A stretch of 61,837 nucleotides of DNA from positions 1 through 61,837 of the forward strand of contig JAMQPH010000315.1 in NCBI GenBank assembly GCA_023717605.1, in the 5' to 3' direction. A program made the translations under genes and the position numbers. Source of the stretch: Pyrinomonadaceae bacterium (GTDB taxonomy: Bacteria > Acidobacteriota > Blastocatellia > Pyrinomonadales > Pyrinomonadaceae). The notes below the pieces were generated by a model, which was not told the origin of the DNA, ran no database searches, and worked only from the letters and a program-made list of their open reading frames with translations. Of this stretch, positions 8,831-18,506 are shown one piece after another (positions within the stretch are counted from its first letter, which is position 1; each line of letters starts with the position of its first letter).

Positions 8831-9994
8831 ATGGACCAAGAGAAACCGCAAACAACTGAGCGCCGGCCGCCGAGCCGGGAACGGCGTCGGCGTCGGCCTC
8901 ACCCGCCGCGCAGCGAACCCCGCATTTTTACCAAGTACGCGCCGCGCAAACCGCAGGACGGCAAACCACTAAGCTGCACCGGGGACACCACCCTCAAACC
9001 CGAGCAGATGCTTGAGCTGTATCGCTATCTGAAACTCACGCGCCTGGTTGAAGAGCGACTCGTCAATCTTTATCGGCAGACCAAAGTTGTGGGCGGGGTC
9101 TTCCGGTCACTTGGCCAGGAGGCGACTGCGGTGGGCAGCGCTTATGCACTACAGCCGCGGGATTTTATTACACCTCTGATCCGAGATCTTGGCGCCGTCC
9201 TGGTAAAGGGCATACGACCGCGCGAGATATTTGCTCAGTACATGGCGAAAGCCTGGGGACCGTCTGGAGGCCACGATCTCAATATCCATTTCGGAGACCT
9301 GGAGAAAGGGTTTATCGGACCCATCTCGCACCTGGGCGACATGATCCCAGTAATGACCGGCGTACTCCTCGCGGGCCGTATGCAAAAGAAGCCGATCGTA
9401 GCCATCGCATACATCGGTGACGGCGGTATGAGCACCGGCGCTTTTCATGAGGGGCTAAACTTTGCCGCCGTTCAGCGTCTGCCGCTGATTGTCGTCGCCG
9501 AGTACAACCACTACGCGTACTCCACACCTACCAGCCTGCAAACTGCAGTAAAAGATCTGGCGGAGAAGGCCGCCGGTTATGGCATTCCCGCACACATCTT
9601 AGATGGCAATGATGTTATTGCCTGCTACGAGGTGACCAAGCGTGCGGCGGAATTCGCGCGCCGCGGCGGCGGCGCCGTTTTGATTGAAGCCAAGACATAT
9701 CGCCGCAAGGGTCACGCCGAGCACGACGATCAGCGCTACGTCCCGACGGGCGAAATTGAATGGTGGGAAAAGCACAATGATCCTATTGATCGCTACGAAC
9801 GGTTTCTAATGGAATCGGGTTTGGCCGATAAAGCGAAGCTGGAAGAAATTACCGCGGATGTCGCGCGCGAGATTGAAGAAGATTGCGCCTGGGCTGAATC
9901 CTCACCAATGCCCGATCCGGAAAAGGCCGCGTATGGAGTATTCGACAACACTATTGTTGAACCGGCATTCAGGCCGCAAGTTCTGAAGAGTTAG
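8831..9994 (+). CDS. 2-oxoacid (branched-chain/pyruvate type) dehydrogenase E1 alpha subunit, TPP-dependent
   Basis: TPP-binding block YIGDGGMSTGAFHEGLNFAA and overall E1-alpha collinearity. The first 59 aa are an Arg/Pro-rich extension, and the only alternative in-frame start is ATG at 9008. Confidence 0.88.
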   Translation: MDQEKPQTTERRPPSRERRRRRPHPPRSEPRIFTKYAPRKPQDGKPLSCTGDTTLKPEQMLELYRYLKLTRLVEERLVNLYRQTKVVGGVFRSLGQEATAVGSAYALQPRDFITPLIRDLGAVLVKGIRPREIFAQYMAKAWGPSGGHDLNIHFGDLEKGFIGPISHLGDMIPVMTGVLLAGRMQKKPIVAIAYIGDGGMSTGAFHEGLNFAAVQRLPLIVVAEYNHYAYSTPTSLQTAVKDLAEKAAGYGIPAHILDGNDVIACYEVTKRAAEFARRGGGAVLIEAKTYRRKGHAEHDDQRYVPTGEIEWWEKHNDPIDRYERFLMESGLADKAKLEEITADVAREIEEDCAWAESSPMPDPEKAAYGVFDNTIVEPAFRPQVLKS

Positions 9995-10048
9995 CTGAGC
10001 CCAGACATCGCTACCAAGTACGCCAAGTAAAGAGAGTAACGACTTATA

Positions 10049-11077
10049 ATGTCCACCGCAGTCAAAAAAGAGCACAAGTCAGCACGTCCCGAGCGTGGTG
10101 GGATGGTGACCCTGGTGGAGGCCATCCGTCAGGGCATCTGGGAAGAAATGGAACGCGATCCCACTGTTTTCGTGCTGGGTGAGGATGTCGGCGCCTATGG
10201 TGGCGCATTCAAAGTCACTGACGGTCTGATTGATGAGTTTGGCAACGGGCGGGTTATTGATACACCCATATCGGAAGGCGCAATTGTGGGAGCTGCCTGT
10301 GGCGCGGCACTCTTGGGAATGCGACCCGTTGCTGAATTTCAGTTCATCGACTTTATCTCCGCCGGATTTGATTTGCTCACCAACTACGCTGCCAAGAGCC
10401 GGTATCGTTGGGGTGGGAGCATCCCGGCAGTTTTTCGCGGTCCATGCGGCTCCGGCTTGCGCACCGGCCCGTTTCACTCGCTCAATCCGGAGTCGTTTTT
10501 CCTGAACACTGCCGGCCTAAAGATGGTGGAACCGTCCAGCGCTTACGACGCGAAGGGGCTAATCAAAGCGGCGATCCGCGATCCCGATCCCGTGCTCTTC
10601 TTCGAACACAAAAAACTTTACCGGCTGCCACGTCTGCGAGAAGAGATTCCTGCTGATGACTACATTGTAGAGATTGGCAAGGCGCGCACGGTCCGTGAAG
10701 GCCGAGACCTGACGATCATTACCTTTGGGGCGATGGTCTTGACGGCGCTCGATGCCGCTGAAGAGCTGGAGAAAGAAGGTCTCGACGTCGAGATCATAGA
10801 TCTGCGCACCCTCGCGCCCCTCGATAAAACCGCAATCGTGACGAGTGTTAAGAAGACCAGCCGGGCGCTGGTACTACATGAGGCTTCGCGCACAGGCGGC
10901 ATTGGTGGCGAGATAGCGGCGATGATTGGTGAAGAAGCTTTCGAATGGCTGGATGCGCCAGTATTGCGGCTAGCCTCAATCGACACACCCGTGCCGTATT
11001 CACCCCCACTCGAAGATTACTACTTGCCGCAGCCAAAAGACGTTGTGGATGCGGCGCGGAAACTGGCTGCTTTCTAA
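10049..11077 (+). CDS. 2-oxoacid dehydrogenase E1 beta subunit
   Basis: Transketolase-like pyrimidine-binding and C-terminal domains (GEDVGAYGGAFKVT, IDTPISE, FEHKKLY). Alternative start at Met19 (10103). Confidence 0.92.
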   Translation: MSTAVKKEHKSARPERGGMVTLVEAIRQGIWEEMERDPTVFVLGEDVGAYGGAFKVTDGLIDEFGNGRVIDTPISEGAIVGAACGAALLGMRPVAEFQFIDFISAGFDLLTNYAAKSRYRWGGSIPAVFRGPCGSGLRTGPFHSLNPESFFLNTAGLKMVEPSSAYDAKGLIKAAIRDPDPVLFFEHKKLYRLPRLREEIPADDYIVEIGKARTVREGRDLTIITFGAMVLTALDAAEELEKEGLDVEIIDLRTLAPLDKTAIVTSVKKTSRALVLHEASRTGGIGGEIAAMIGEEAFEWLDAPVLRLASIDTPVPYSPPLEDYYLPQPKDVVDAARKLAAF

Positions 11078-11101
11078 CATTGTTTTCGAAGGAGAATGAC
11101 C

Positions 11102-11401
11102 ATGCCAAAGTATCTGATTGAACGAGAGATTCCCGGAGCAGGAAACTTGTCGGAAGCGGAATTGCAGGCGATCTCCCAAACGTCGTGTGGAGTGTTGCAG
11201 AAGATGGGACCACAGATTCAATGGATACAGAGTTACGTAACTGGTGACAAAGTGTATTGCGTTTATATCGCACCGAATGAAGAGATGATCCGAGAACACG
11301 CGAGGCAGGGTGGCTTTCCGGCAAATCGAGTTTCTCAGATCAAGTCGATCATCGATCCCACGACGGCAGAAGAAGAAGCGGCAGAGGGAAAGAGCGCGTA
11401 A
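11102..11401 (+). CDS. DUF4242 family small protein (SCO4226-like, putative metal binding)
   Basis: About 100 aa; PKYLIEREIPGAG..L..E.. and VYCVYIAPNEEMIREHA match my recollection of DUF4242. AAGGAG (11089-11094) sits 7 nt before ATG 11102. Confidence 0.7.
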   Translation: MPKYLIEREIPGAGNLSEAELQAISQTSCGVLQKMGPQIQWIQSYVTGDKVYCVYIAPNEEMIREHARQGGFPANRVSQIKSIIDPTTAEEEAAEGKSA

Positions 11402-11431
11402 ATCGTGAATCGTAAATGGTGATCCTGTGAA

Positions 11432-11510
11432 ATTCTCGATCTTGGATTTTGATTAGAACTAACACACTCTGAAATCGCAAATCAAAAATCCAAAATCAAA
11501 AATCTAGAAT
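11432..11510. repeat. Imperfect A/T-rich palindrome inside the dehydrogenase operon
   Basis: The left arm ATTCTCGATCTTGGATTTTGATTAG (11432-11456) is roughly the reverse complement of AATCAAAAATCCAAAATCAAAAATCTAGAAT (11480-11510). Same AATC/AAAATC motif theme as the palindromes around the ferredoxin gene. Confidence 0.75.
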
Positions 11511-11519
11511 GGAGTATTT

Positions 11520-12986
11520 ATGAGTACCGAAGTAGTAATGCCGCAGATGGGAGAGTCCATCGCGGAGGGAACGATCACCAAGTGGTTCAAGAAGGTGGGT
11601 GATCGCGTCGAGCGCGATGAACCGCTGTTTGAGATCTCTACAGACAAGGTTGATGCGGAAATTCCGTCGCCCGCCGCGGGGACGTTAACTGAGGTTAGAT
11701 TCAAAGAGGGCGATACGGTCGAAGTGAATACGGTGGTCGCCCTGCTTGATGGCACTGGCGCGGGAGCGAGCGAAGCTCCGCCGTCTGCGTCAGTTGCAGA
11801 AGCGCCCAAGAGTGAAGCCGTTGCTGCGTCGCCCGCAGATCCCGCGCCTCCCGCGATAACAGCACCGCCAACCCCTCTCTCGTCATCTCAGATAACTGCC
11901 GCAACACGACTCAATGCGGAGGCGGTGAAACTGGAACCACAGGAGTCGCCTGCTCAAGCTGCAAGTGCCGCCGATACGTCCGCCACCAAAGCTAAGGCGT
12001 CTCGTACCCAACCTACGGGAAATGGTAGCAGCACGGCGACCGTCGAAGAGCTGCGCAAAACCAAATCGAGTCCGCTGGTCCGGAAGATTGCCCAGGAACA
12101 TGGTGTCGACATCGCGAAGCTCGACGGAACCGGGCTCAGCGGTCGGGTCACAAAAAACGACATTCTGAGTTTCATTGAATCCGGCGCGCCGGCCGTTGCT
12201 GCCCAGGCTAAGCCGGCCACGCCAGCTCCTGCTGCCCAAGTTCCGACAGCACCGGCGCCCGTCTCAGCCATCAAACCAGCCGAAGGCGACCGGGTCGAGC
12301 CAATGACGCTGATCCGCAAGAAGACTGCCGAACACATGGTGCAATCCCGGCGCACATCCGCGCATGTCACGACTGTTTACGAAATTGACATGACGGCCGT
12401 CGCCAAGCTGCGTGATCAGCATAAGGACTCATTTTTGGAGCGAACCGGCACCAAGCTCACGTTCATGCCGTTCATCTTCCAAGCGGTAAACAAAGGGCTG
12501 CGCAAGTTCCCCGTTTTCAACGCACAAGTCAGTGCCGACCAGATCATCTACAAGCGAGATATCAATTTGGGGATGGCAGTCGCCCTGGACTGGGGGTTGA
12601 TCGTACCCGTGATTAAGCGGGCCGACGATCTCTCGATCTCTGGCCTGGCTCGCGCAGCCAACGATCTGGCCGAGCGCGCTCGGACGAAACAACTAAAGCC
12701 GGATGAAGTGGCTGGCGGTACTTTCACGATCACCAATCCAGGAGTCTTTGGGGGACTCTTTGGCACTCCCATCATCAACCAACCCCAACTCGCAATTCTG
12801 GGTGTAGGTAAGATTGAAAAGCGGGCCAAAGTAATCGTCTCGCCTGAAGGGGATGACTACATTGCCATTCGTTGGATGGCCTATTTCGCACTCAGCTTTG
12901 ATCACCGCGTGATAGATGGTGCGGACGCCGAGCGTTTTCTTGCTTACGTCAAAGAGGTATTGGAGTCTGCAGATTTCGCCCTCTGA
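11520..12986 (+). CDS. Dihydrolipoamide acyltransferase (E2)
   Basis: Lipoyl domain with EISTDKVDAEIPS, Ala/Pro-rich linkers, a peripheral subunit-binding domain (SPLVRKIAQEHGVDI) and a catalytic SFDHRVIDGA motif. GGAG lies 5 nt upstream. Confidence 0.93.
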   Translation: MSTEVVMPQMGESIAEGTITKWFKKVGDRVERDEPLFEISTDKVDAEIPSPAAGTLTEVRFKEGDTVEVNTVVALLDGTGAGASEAPPSASVAEAPKSEAVAASPADPAPPAITAPPTPLSSSQITAATRLNAEAVKLEPQESPAQAASAADTSATKAKASRTQPTGNGSSTATVEELRKTKSSPLVRKIAQEHGVDIAKLDGTGLSGRVTKNDILSFIESGAPAVAAQAKPATPAPAAQVPTAPAPVSAIKPAEGDRVEPMTLIRKKTAEHMVQSRRTSAHVTTVYEIDMTAVAKLRDQHKDSFLERTGTKLTFMPFIFQAVNKGLRKFPVFNAQVSADQIIYKRDINLGMAVALDWGLIVPVIKRADDLSISGLARAANDLAERARTKQLKPDEVAGGTFTITNPGVFGGLFGTPIINQPQLAILGVGKIEKRAKVIVSPEGDDYIAIRWMAYFALSFDHRVIDGADAERFLAYVKEVLESADFAL

Positions 12987-13299
12987 TTTGAGTAACGACA
13001 GACCTGATCCCGGAAGCGCGTGGCGGGCCAACATGCCGCCAAGGGTGTTGGTTGCCACCGCATAATTGCACGAAAAGCAGCGGTTATTGCGATCAAATGG
13101 CAATTAGATGAAGAATGTTAGTGACAACGGGAAAGGCCTTGACTTAGCATCGGCTAAGGACTAGAACTGTCCGCCGACCCCTTTTGGACGCAGACAACGG
13201 ACGGAAAGAATTGGTCGTCAGACAGTCGTCAGGACATTAAGACGACTCCACTGCTCGCAGGTTTGTGGGCTACCCACTTTCGATAAGGAGACTTGTTTT

Positions 13300-14316
13300 A
13301 TGGCAATCCCGAAGTTAAGAATGTTTTCCTCGTTCGCGCTGGTGCTGGGCCTTTTGGTTTTCTCGGCTCCACTGGCGCTCTCGCAAGACACTACCGCGAC
13401 CGTCGGCTCCCGCAGTGTGGCCAGCGGTGAGAAAATGAAAATCAAAGGCGTGGTCACGAGACGTGACTCGGACACGTTCGTAGTTCGCGACAACAATGGC
13501 GTGGACACCACTGTGCGTCTGGCCGAAACAACCAGCGTCAAGACAAAGGGTGGATTTTGGGGCGGCGGCACCAACTATGCCCAGACGAATATTCTTCGCG
13601 GTTTGAACCTGGAGGTTGAAGGACGCGGCAACGGGTCAGGAGAGCTGGCGGCCGAAAAAATCAGATTCAGCGACGCAGATTTGAAGGTCGCTCGCGCGGT
13701 TGACTCTCGCGCGGTGCCGCTCGAGGAGCGGGCCAGCACAACCGAGGCGAAGCTCACCCAGGTTGAGCAGAACGCACAGCGTCTTTCCGGCCAGCTCGAC
13801 GAACTCGCGGCGGTTGCCAATACTGCCAAGGGCGGTGCCCGGGCCGCACAGGAAACCGCTGATTCGGCGGTGGCCGGCGTAAACGCAACCAACGATCGCA
13901 TCTCAGCACTTGATGACTACGAGCCGCAGACCGTACTCGCAGTCAACTTCAAGAGTGGCAGTAGCATTCTTTCGAAGGACTCAAAGGCCCAGCTTGATGA
14001 GGTTGCCACCAAAGCCCTGAACTCCAAAGGTTACGTACTCGAGGTTTCAGGTTATGCAGATGCAAACGGCAGCGTTGCCCGCAATATTGCTTTGAGCCAG
14101 CGCCGCGCGGATACCGTGATTCGCTATCTGGTTGAGAATCACAGCATTCCGCTGCGCAGGATCGTGACTCCTTATGGTTATGGAGAATCGAATCCGGTGG
14201 CTGAGAATGCTTCGCGTGACGGACGCGCTCAGAATCGCCGCGTTGAAGTGAAACTGCTTGTTAACAAGGGCCTGCTTCAGTCGGCGCCCACAATGACGCG
14301 CAGTTCGGGCAATTGA
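13300..14316 (+). CDS. OmpA-family protein with coiled-coil middle region
   Basis: Signal-like N-terminus and a C-terminal OmpA-like domain (SGYADANGS..NIALSQRRADTV..NRRVEVKL). AAGGAG precedes the ATG. Confidence 0.85.
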   Translation: MAIPKLRMFSSFALVLGLLVFSAPLALSQDTTATVGSRSVASGEKMKIKGVVTRRDSDTFVVRDNNGVDTTVRLAETTSVKTKGGFWGGGTNYAQTNILRGLNLEVEGRGNGSGELAAEKIRFSDADLKVARAVDSRAVPLEERASTTEAKLTQVEQNAQRLSGQLDELAAVANTAKGGARAAQETADSAVAGVNATNDRISALDDYEPQTVLAVNFKSGSSILSKDSKAQLDEVATKALNSKGYVLEVSGYADANGSVARNIALSQRRADTVIRYLVENHSIPLRRIVTPYGYGESNPVAENASRDGRAQNRRVEVKLLVNKGLLQSAPTMTRSSGN

Positions 14317-14438
14317 TTAGAGTTGCAGAAGATGCAACCTTCACCTTCTGTCACGGATCTTACTAGCCATGGCTCATGCCGTCAGATAGTATTAGGGACT
14401 ATGCCAGGCCAGCAACGGCGGCATGAGAGAATGGCTTA

Positions 14439-15584
14439 ATGAAGATTCACGGAAGTTGGGGAAAACATTTAGGGCCAGTGCTGCTCGTCGCAGTACTGGC
14501 TCTCTTTTTCTGTGGCAGCTTAGCCTCTGGGCAAACGCTGCAGGATCTACCCCCACCGCCACCACCACCGAGGCCCAAGCCGACCCCCACGCCGACACCT
14601 CCGCCGCCTCCAAAGGATGAAGACGTTGACGTCATCCGCACCACTTCGAACCTGGTAATGGTCCCGGTTTCTGTTGTGGATGCGACAGGGCAACCAGTAC
14701 TCGGGCTGCCGATGACCGATTTTCGTCTTGAAGAACTAGGGCGCGAGCAGCAGATTACCGAGTTAGGCAATCCCGATCAGGTGCCTCTGGACATCGTTCT
14801 CCTCTTTGATATTTCCAGCAGTGTCAGCCAGAAGGGGTTCTTTTTATTTCAGCAAAAGGCGGCCGCTAGTTTCCTGCGACAAGTAATGAAACCTGCGGAC
14901 CGGGCCGCGGTTTTTACGATCGGCGAGCAACCGCTCCTATTCGCGCCTTTTGCGTCTGCGGGAGTTGCCGCGGCGAAAATTCAGACAATTCCGGCGGCGA
15001 CGTCTCCAGTTCCTACAGCTTTTTATGACACCGTCTCGGCGGCAGCAAAATACCTGGCTGAACATTCAGCGGAGCGGGCCCGCCGCGTAATTCTGGTCAT
15101 CTCAGATGGTGACGACAATTTCAGCAATCTGATTAGAGAGATGACCATAGCTGAAGTACGAGCCAGCCAACGCGGGGATTCCACTCCCTCGTCACTAAAA
15201 AGAAGTCTGGATGCGCGGCGCGAACGTGCCGTGCTCAATGTGCAGAAAGCCGTGCAGCAGGCCGACGCCGCCTTCTACTCGGTTAATCCCGGAGGAAAGT
15301 CTGTACATCTCAACATGATCAGCACGCGGGCCCAAAACGCGATGCGGTCGATTGCCGAATCAACCGGCGGCAGTGCCTTTATTCCAGACTCTGAGATGGA
15401 GCTTGAACGAGTGTTCAGCGAGGTCGCTGCCGAGCTACGCGGCCAGTATCTCTTGCAGTACTACTCAAACAATCAAGCGGCCGGTGCACAGTTTCGCACC
15501 ATTAAAGTCGCAGTGCCTACTCACTCTAATCTCCGTGTCCGCGCCCGGCAAGGTTATTATCCACGTCAGGCCCGCGAGCGGTAG
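14439..15584 (+). CDS. Secreted von Willebrand factor A domain protein (acidobacterial VWFA type)
   Basis: Signal-like N-terminus, a PPPPPPPRPKPTPTPTPPPPP linker and a MIDAS-type motif DIVLLFDISSSVS. The C-terminal end GYY resembles the acidobacterial VWFA-related family as I recall it. Confidence 0.8.
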   Translation: MKIHGSWGKHLGPVLLVAVLALFFCGSLASGQTLQDLPPPPPPPRPKPTPTPTPPPPPKDEDVDVIRTTSNLVMVPVSVVDATGQPVLGLPMTDFRLEELGREQQITELGNPDQVPLDIVLLFDISSSVSQKGFFLFQQKAAASFLRQVMKPADRAAVFTIGEQPLLFAPFASAGVAAAKIQTIPAATSPVPTAFYDTVSAAAKYLAEHSAERARRVILVISDGDDNFSNLIREMTIAEVRASQRGDSTPSSLKRSLDARRERAVLNVQKAVQQADAAFYSVNPGGKSVHLNMISTRAQNAMRSIAESTGGSAFIPDSEMELERVFSEVAAELRGQYLLQYYSNNQAAGAQFRTIKVAVPTHSNLRVRARQGYYPRQARER

Positions 15585-15631
15585 CTATCGGATCTGAAAT
15601 TTCGAAATCCGCAATCCGCAATCCGAAATTC

Positions 15632-16141
15632 CTAACGCATTGCCAGCAGCACATCGGTGAGCCGATTTACTACCTCGAGCAAACTTCTTCCCGCTCGATC
15701 GTATTGATTAGCTGCTGCCTGTTCCTCAGCAGTTGCAGCGCCTGCTGCCGTTCCTGCGAGTTTGATGTAATAGCGTTGCAGCTCTGGTGTGTTGCGGAAG
15801 TGGATCTCCAGGGCATCTAGACCCTCGCGAACGCTTTGAAGACTCGTTCTTACCGTATCTTTGTTTCGCTTTGTTTGTTCCAGGACTGCGGGAGAGACCT
15901 CGTTGCGCCGGGCGGCCTCGTCGACCGCTTCGATCCCCTTGGCCACTCCACCCAACAGGTAGATAAAGCGAGTCAGGATTTTGATCTGGTCAGCAACGCG
16001 AGTTGCTCCCGCCTGCAAAGCAACCGAAGGCTTGGTAGTCGTTGCGCCAGTTGGCGGTCTGGTTCGTTTTCTTGTTTGGGAGAACGCGGTTGCGGGGAAG
16101 AGGATGATGGTAGCAATCAACAGAGCTGTTATGCGTTTCAA
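15632..16141 (-). CDS. Hypothetical secreted helical protein
   Basis: 169-aa ORF with a signal-like N-terminus (ALLIATIILFPATAFSQ). No recognisable motif. Confidence 0.6.
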   Translation of the reverse strand: MKRITALLIATIILFPATAFSQTRKRTRPPTGATTTKPSVALQAGATRVADQIKILTRFIYLLGGVAKGIEAVDEAARRNEVSPAVLEQTKRNKDTVRTSLQSVREGLDALEIHFRNTPELQRYYIKLAGTAAGAATAEEQAAANQYDRAGRSLLEVVNRLTDVLLAMR

Positions 16142-16330
16142 AATAGTTTCTCCTGGGCCCAGGCGATTCTAATTATCGATGAAGCAAAACTATTCTCCCC
16201 ATTGAGCCCAGTCAAGTCCAGCGGGACGGCTCAATCGCGTCTGTCGGAACGAGAAGGCAGCAGAGGCTTATCTGTATTTGCGGGCCGCTTCGCCTTCAAA
16301 TTTGAACCACGTTAGAATGTCTCCCAGGTT

Positions 16331-17002
16331 ATGAAAACAAGAGAACTACTCGTTCAGCGCCTCGGCCGCGTGGACTATGAAGCTGCCCTGGCTCTGCAGA
16401 AGGAGACAGAGCGCGCGGTACAGACAGGCACACAACCCGACACTCTGTTATTGCTCGAACATCCTCACACACTGACAATTGGCAGACGCGGGGAGAACAC
16501 CGGCATCCTGATGTCGCCGGAATATTTGGCGGCTCGCGGCGTTACAGTGTTCGAAACCAACCGCGGTGGGAAGATCACCTATCACGGACTGGGGCAGATT
16601 GTAGGCTATCCAATTATCAACCTGAGCCCCGAGCGCGAAGATGTCCATCGTTACGTTCGCGATCTCGAAGAAGTGTTGATCCGCACCATGACCGACTTCG
16701 ACATCGACGCTTTTCCGATCAAAGGCTTAACCGGCGTGCACACCCAGCGTGGGAAGGTAGCGGCCATCGGCGTGCATATCGCCCGCTGGGTCACGACGCA
16801 TGGCTTCGCTCTCAATGTGAATACTGATCTGAGTTTCTTCGACCTGATCATCGCTTGTGAAGGCGAGCCGGTTACCTCGATGCAGCAGCTACTGGGCCAT
16901 GAGGTAGAGATGAGTGCTGTTGAGGACTCCATCATAAAAAACTTCGCCGACGTGTTTGAGACGGAATCAGTTACACTGCACGCATGCTATCAATCGGACT
17001 AA
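16331..17002 (+). CDS. lipB: Octanoyl/lipoyl transferase
   Basis: RGGKITYHGLGQIVGYPI block and an overall LipB length and pattern (LLLLEHPHTLTIGR). Confidence 0.9.
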   Translation: MKTRELLVQRLGRVDYEAALALQKETERAVQTGTQPDTLLLLEHPHTLTIGRRGENTGILMSPEYLAARGVTVFETNRGGKITYHGLGQIVGYPIINLSPEREDVHRYVRDLEEVLIRTMTDFDIDAFPIKGLTGVHTQRGKVAAIGVHIARWVTTHGFALNVNTDLSFFDLIIACEGEPVTSMQQLLGHEVEMSAVEDSIIKNFADVFETESVTLHACYQSD

Positions 17003-17934
17003 TTAAAGAAGCTCACGAGCGCATCGGTTCGCGCATCCACCGTACACCCGTAATCACTTCCAGCGCATTCGACGAAGCCTCGCGCAGACAAGTCTTCTTC
17101 AAATGCGAGAACCTGCAACGCGCGGGGGCATTTAAGATCCGCGGTGCGACTAACAAGATTCTTTCGCTGAATGAGGAAGAAAAAAGGCGCGGCGTGGTGG
17201 CTTTTTCTTCCGGAAATCATGCTCAGGCTGTCGCGCTAGCCGCGGGAGAAGCGGGCGTACGCGCAGTTGTTGCCATGCCTGACGACGCTCCCAAATCAAA
17301 GGTCGCGGCCACCCGCGCTTACGGTGCCGAGATCGTGTTCTACCATCGACATGGTGAGGACCGCGAAGCTGTCGCGCATGCGATCGCCGAGCGGGAGCAT
17401 CTGGTGATGGTCCCACCCTACGACGATTACCTGATCATGGCCGGCCAGGGTACCAGCGCTCTCGAGTTTTTGGAGGACGTTCCCGATCTCGATTGCATTC
17501 TGGCTCCCTGTAGCGGAGGCGGGCTCTTTGCAGGAGTGAGTACGGCAGCGAAAGGGGTCAAGCCTGAGATTTGTTGCTTCGCGGTTGAGCCGGAAACCGG
17601 TGACGACACGCGGCAGTCGTTTATTAAGGGAGAGCGAGTTTCAATTCCTCCCCCGCCCACTATCGCTGACGGTCTGCGCGTCCAATCGCCCGGCACTTTG
17701 ACCTTCCCCATCGTCCAACAAAACGCCGACGACGTTCTGACTGTGTCTGATGATGAAATCGTAGCCACGATAAAGTTCATGCTCTTCCGCATGAAGACAC
17801 TGGTTGAACCATCGGGCGCCGCCGCCGCCGCCGCTGTGTTGTACGGTAAATTGCCCGCAGAGAATAAACGCGTGGGTGTGATTGTCTCGGGCGGCAACAT
17901 CGATCCGGATGCCCTGGCGCGTCTGCTGGGCTAA
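16984..17934 (+). CDS. PLP-dependent serine/threonine dehydratase family enzyme (serine racemase / hydroxyaspartate ammonia-lyase-like)
   Basis: PLP-lysine motif FKCENLQRAGAFKIRGA and glycine loop CSGGGLFAG. Overlaps the lipB 3' end by 19 nt. Confidence 0.88.
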   Translation: MLSIGLIKEAHERIGSRIHRTPVITSSAFDEASRRQVFFKCENLQRAGAFKIRGATNKILSLNEEEKRRGVVAFSSGNHAQAVALAAGEAGVRAVVAMPDDAPKSKVAATRAYGAEIVFYHRHGEDREAVAHAIAEREHLVMVPPYDDYLIMAGQGTSALEFLEDVPDLDCILAPCSGGGLFAGVSTAAKGVKPEICCFAVEPETGDDTRQSFIKGERVSIPPPPTIADGLRVQSPGTLTFPIVQQNADDVLTVSDDEIVATIKFMLFRMKTLVEPSGAAAAAAVLYGKLPAENKRVGVIVSGGNIDPDALARLLG

Positions 17935-17988
17935 TAAAAGATTCACTGCCGCTAATGGCGGACTCGAAGTTGACGGGCACGAAGGCGG

Positions 17989-18078
17989 TTTTACGCAAAG
18001 ACGCAAAGGCGCAAAGAAGATACCTCAAACGGATTCATTGCCGCATCATTTCATATCTTTGCGTCTTTGCGTGAAAAC
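17989..18078. repeat. ACGCAAAGACGCAAAG palindromic element (family b, copy 1)
   Basis: TTTTACGCAAAGACGCAAAGGCGCAAAGAAGATA (17989-18022) is roughly the reverse complement of TATCTTTGCGTCTTTGCGTGAAAAC (18054-18078). It lies between convergent genes. A second copy is at 58387-58532. Confidence 0.85.
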
Positions 18079-18087
18079 CGTCTTACC

Positions 18088-18477
18088 CTACGGGCCAAAC
18101 CAGTTGTAGGCATTGAATACTTCTCCGACGAGGAATGATGCGAGGTTAGCGGCAACGATCGTCAGGAAGTCGCGCCACATTGAGGGCTTACCTAATTCCG
18201 ATCTCGATCCGAAAGCCAACCAGAAGAGGACACATTCGCCGACGGGCGCAAAAATTTCGGCGATCAACAGATATGCAGTTCGCGACGAGTCGGCGAGCAG
18301 AAGCGGCAGGACAAGTGTAACGATCGGGTAAGTACACGCCGTTAGCCACACGCCGGCCAGAAGTTTCCGAAGCCGTGAATGCCGGTGCGAAAGCCCCAGC
18401 ATCAGAATCGGGGTCTCAATGAGAATGGTGAGCAGGTAACCGAGCGGCAGGAAGCGCCAGAGTTCTATTGATGACAT
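18088..18477 (-). CDS. Hypothetical integral membrane protein (about 4 TM)
   Basis: 129-aa hydrophobic ORF, last gene of a same-strand trio. No recognised motif. Confidence 0.6.
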   Translation of the reverse strand: MSSIELWRFLPLGYLLTILIETPILMLGLSHRHSRLRKLLAGVWLTACTYPIVTLVLPLLLADSSRTAYLLIAEIFAPVGECVLFWLAFGSRSELGKPSMWRDFLTIVAANLASFLVGEVFNAYNWFGP

Positions 18478-18506
18478 CTGTTTGCGCTAGACGTTTCTGT
18501 ACTCCC

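Noticed and set aside
12693-13103. A 136-aa minus-strand ORF spanning the E2 3' end and the downstream spacer. Also 10848-11324 (-), 4063-4557 (-), 57136-57612 (-) and 6666-6986 (-).
   Set aside because: All are antisense or overlapping frames of well-supported genes, with no signal, motif or SD support.
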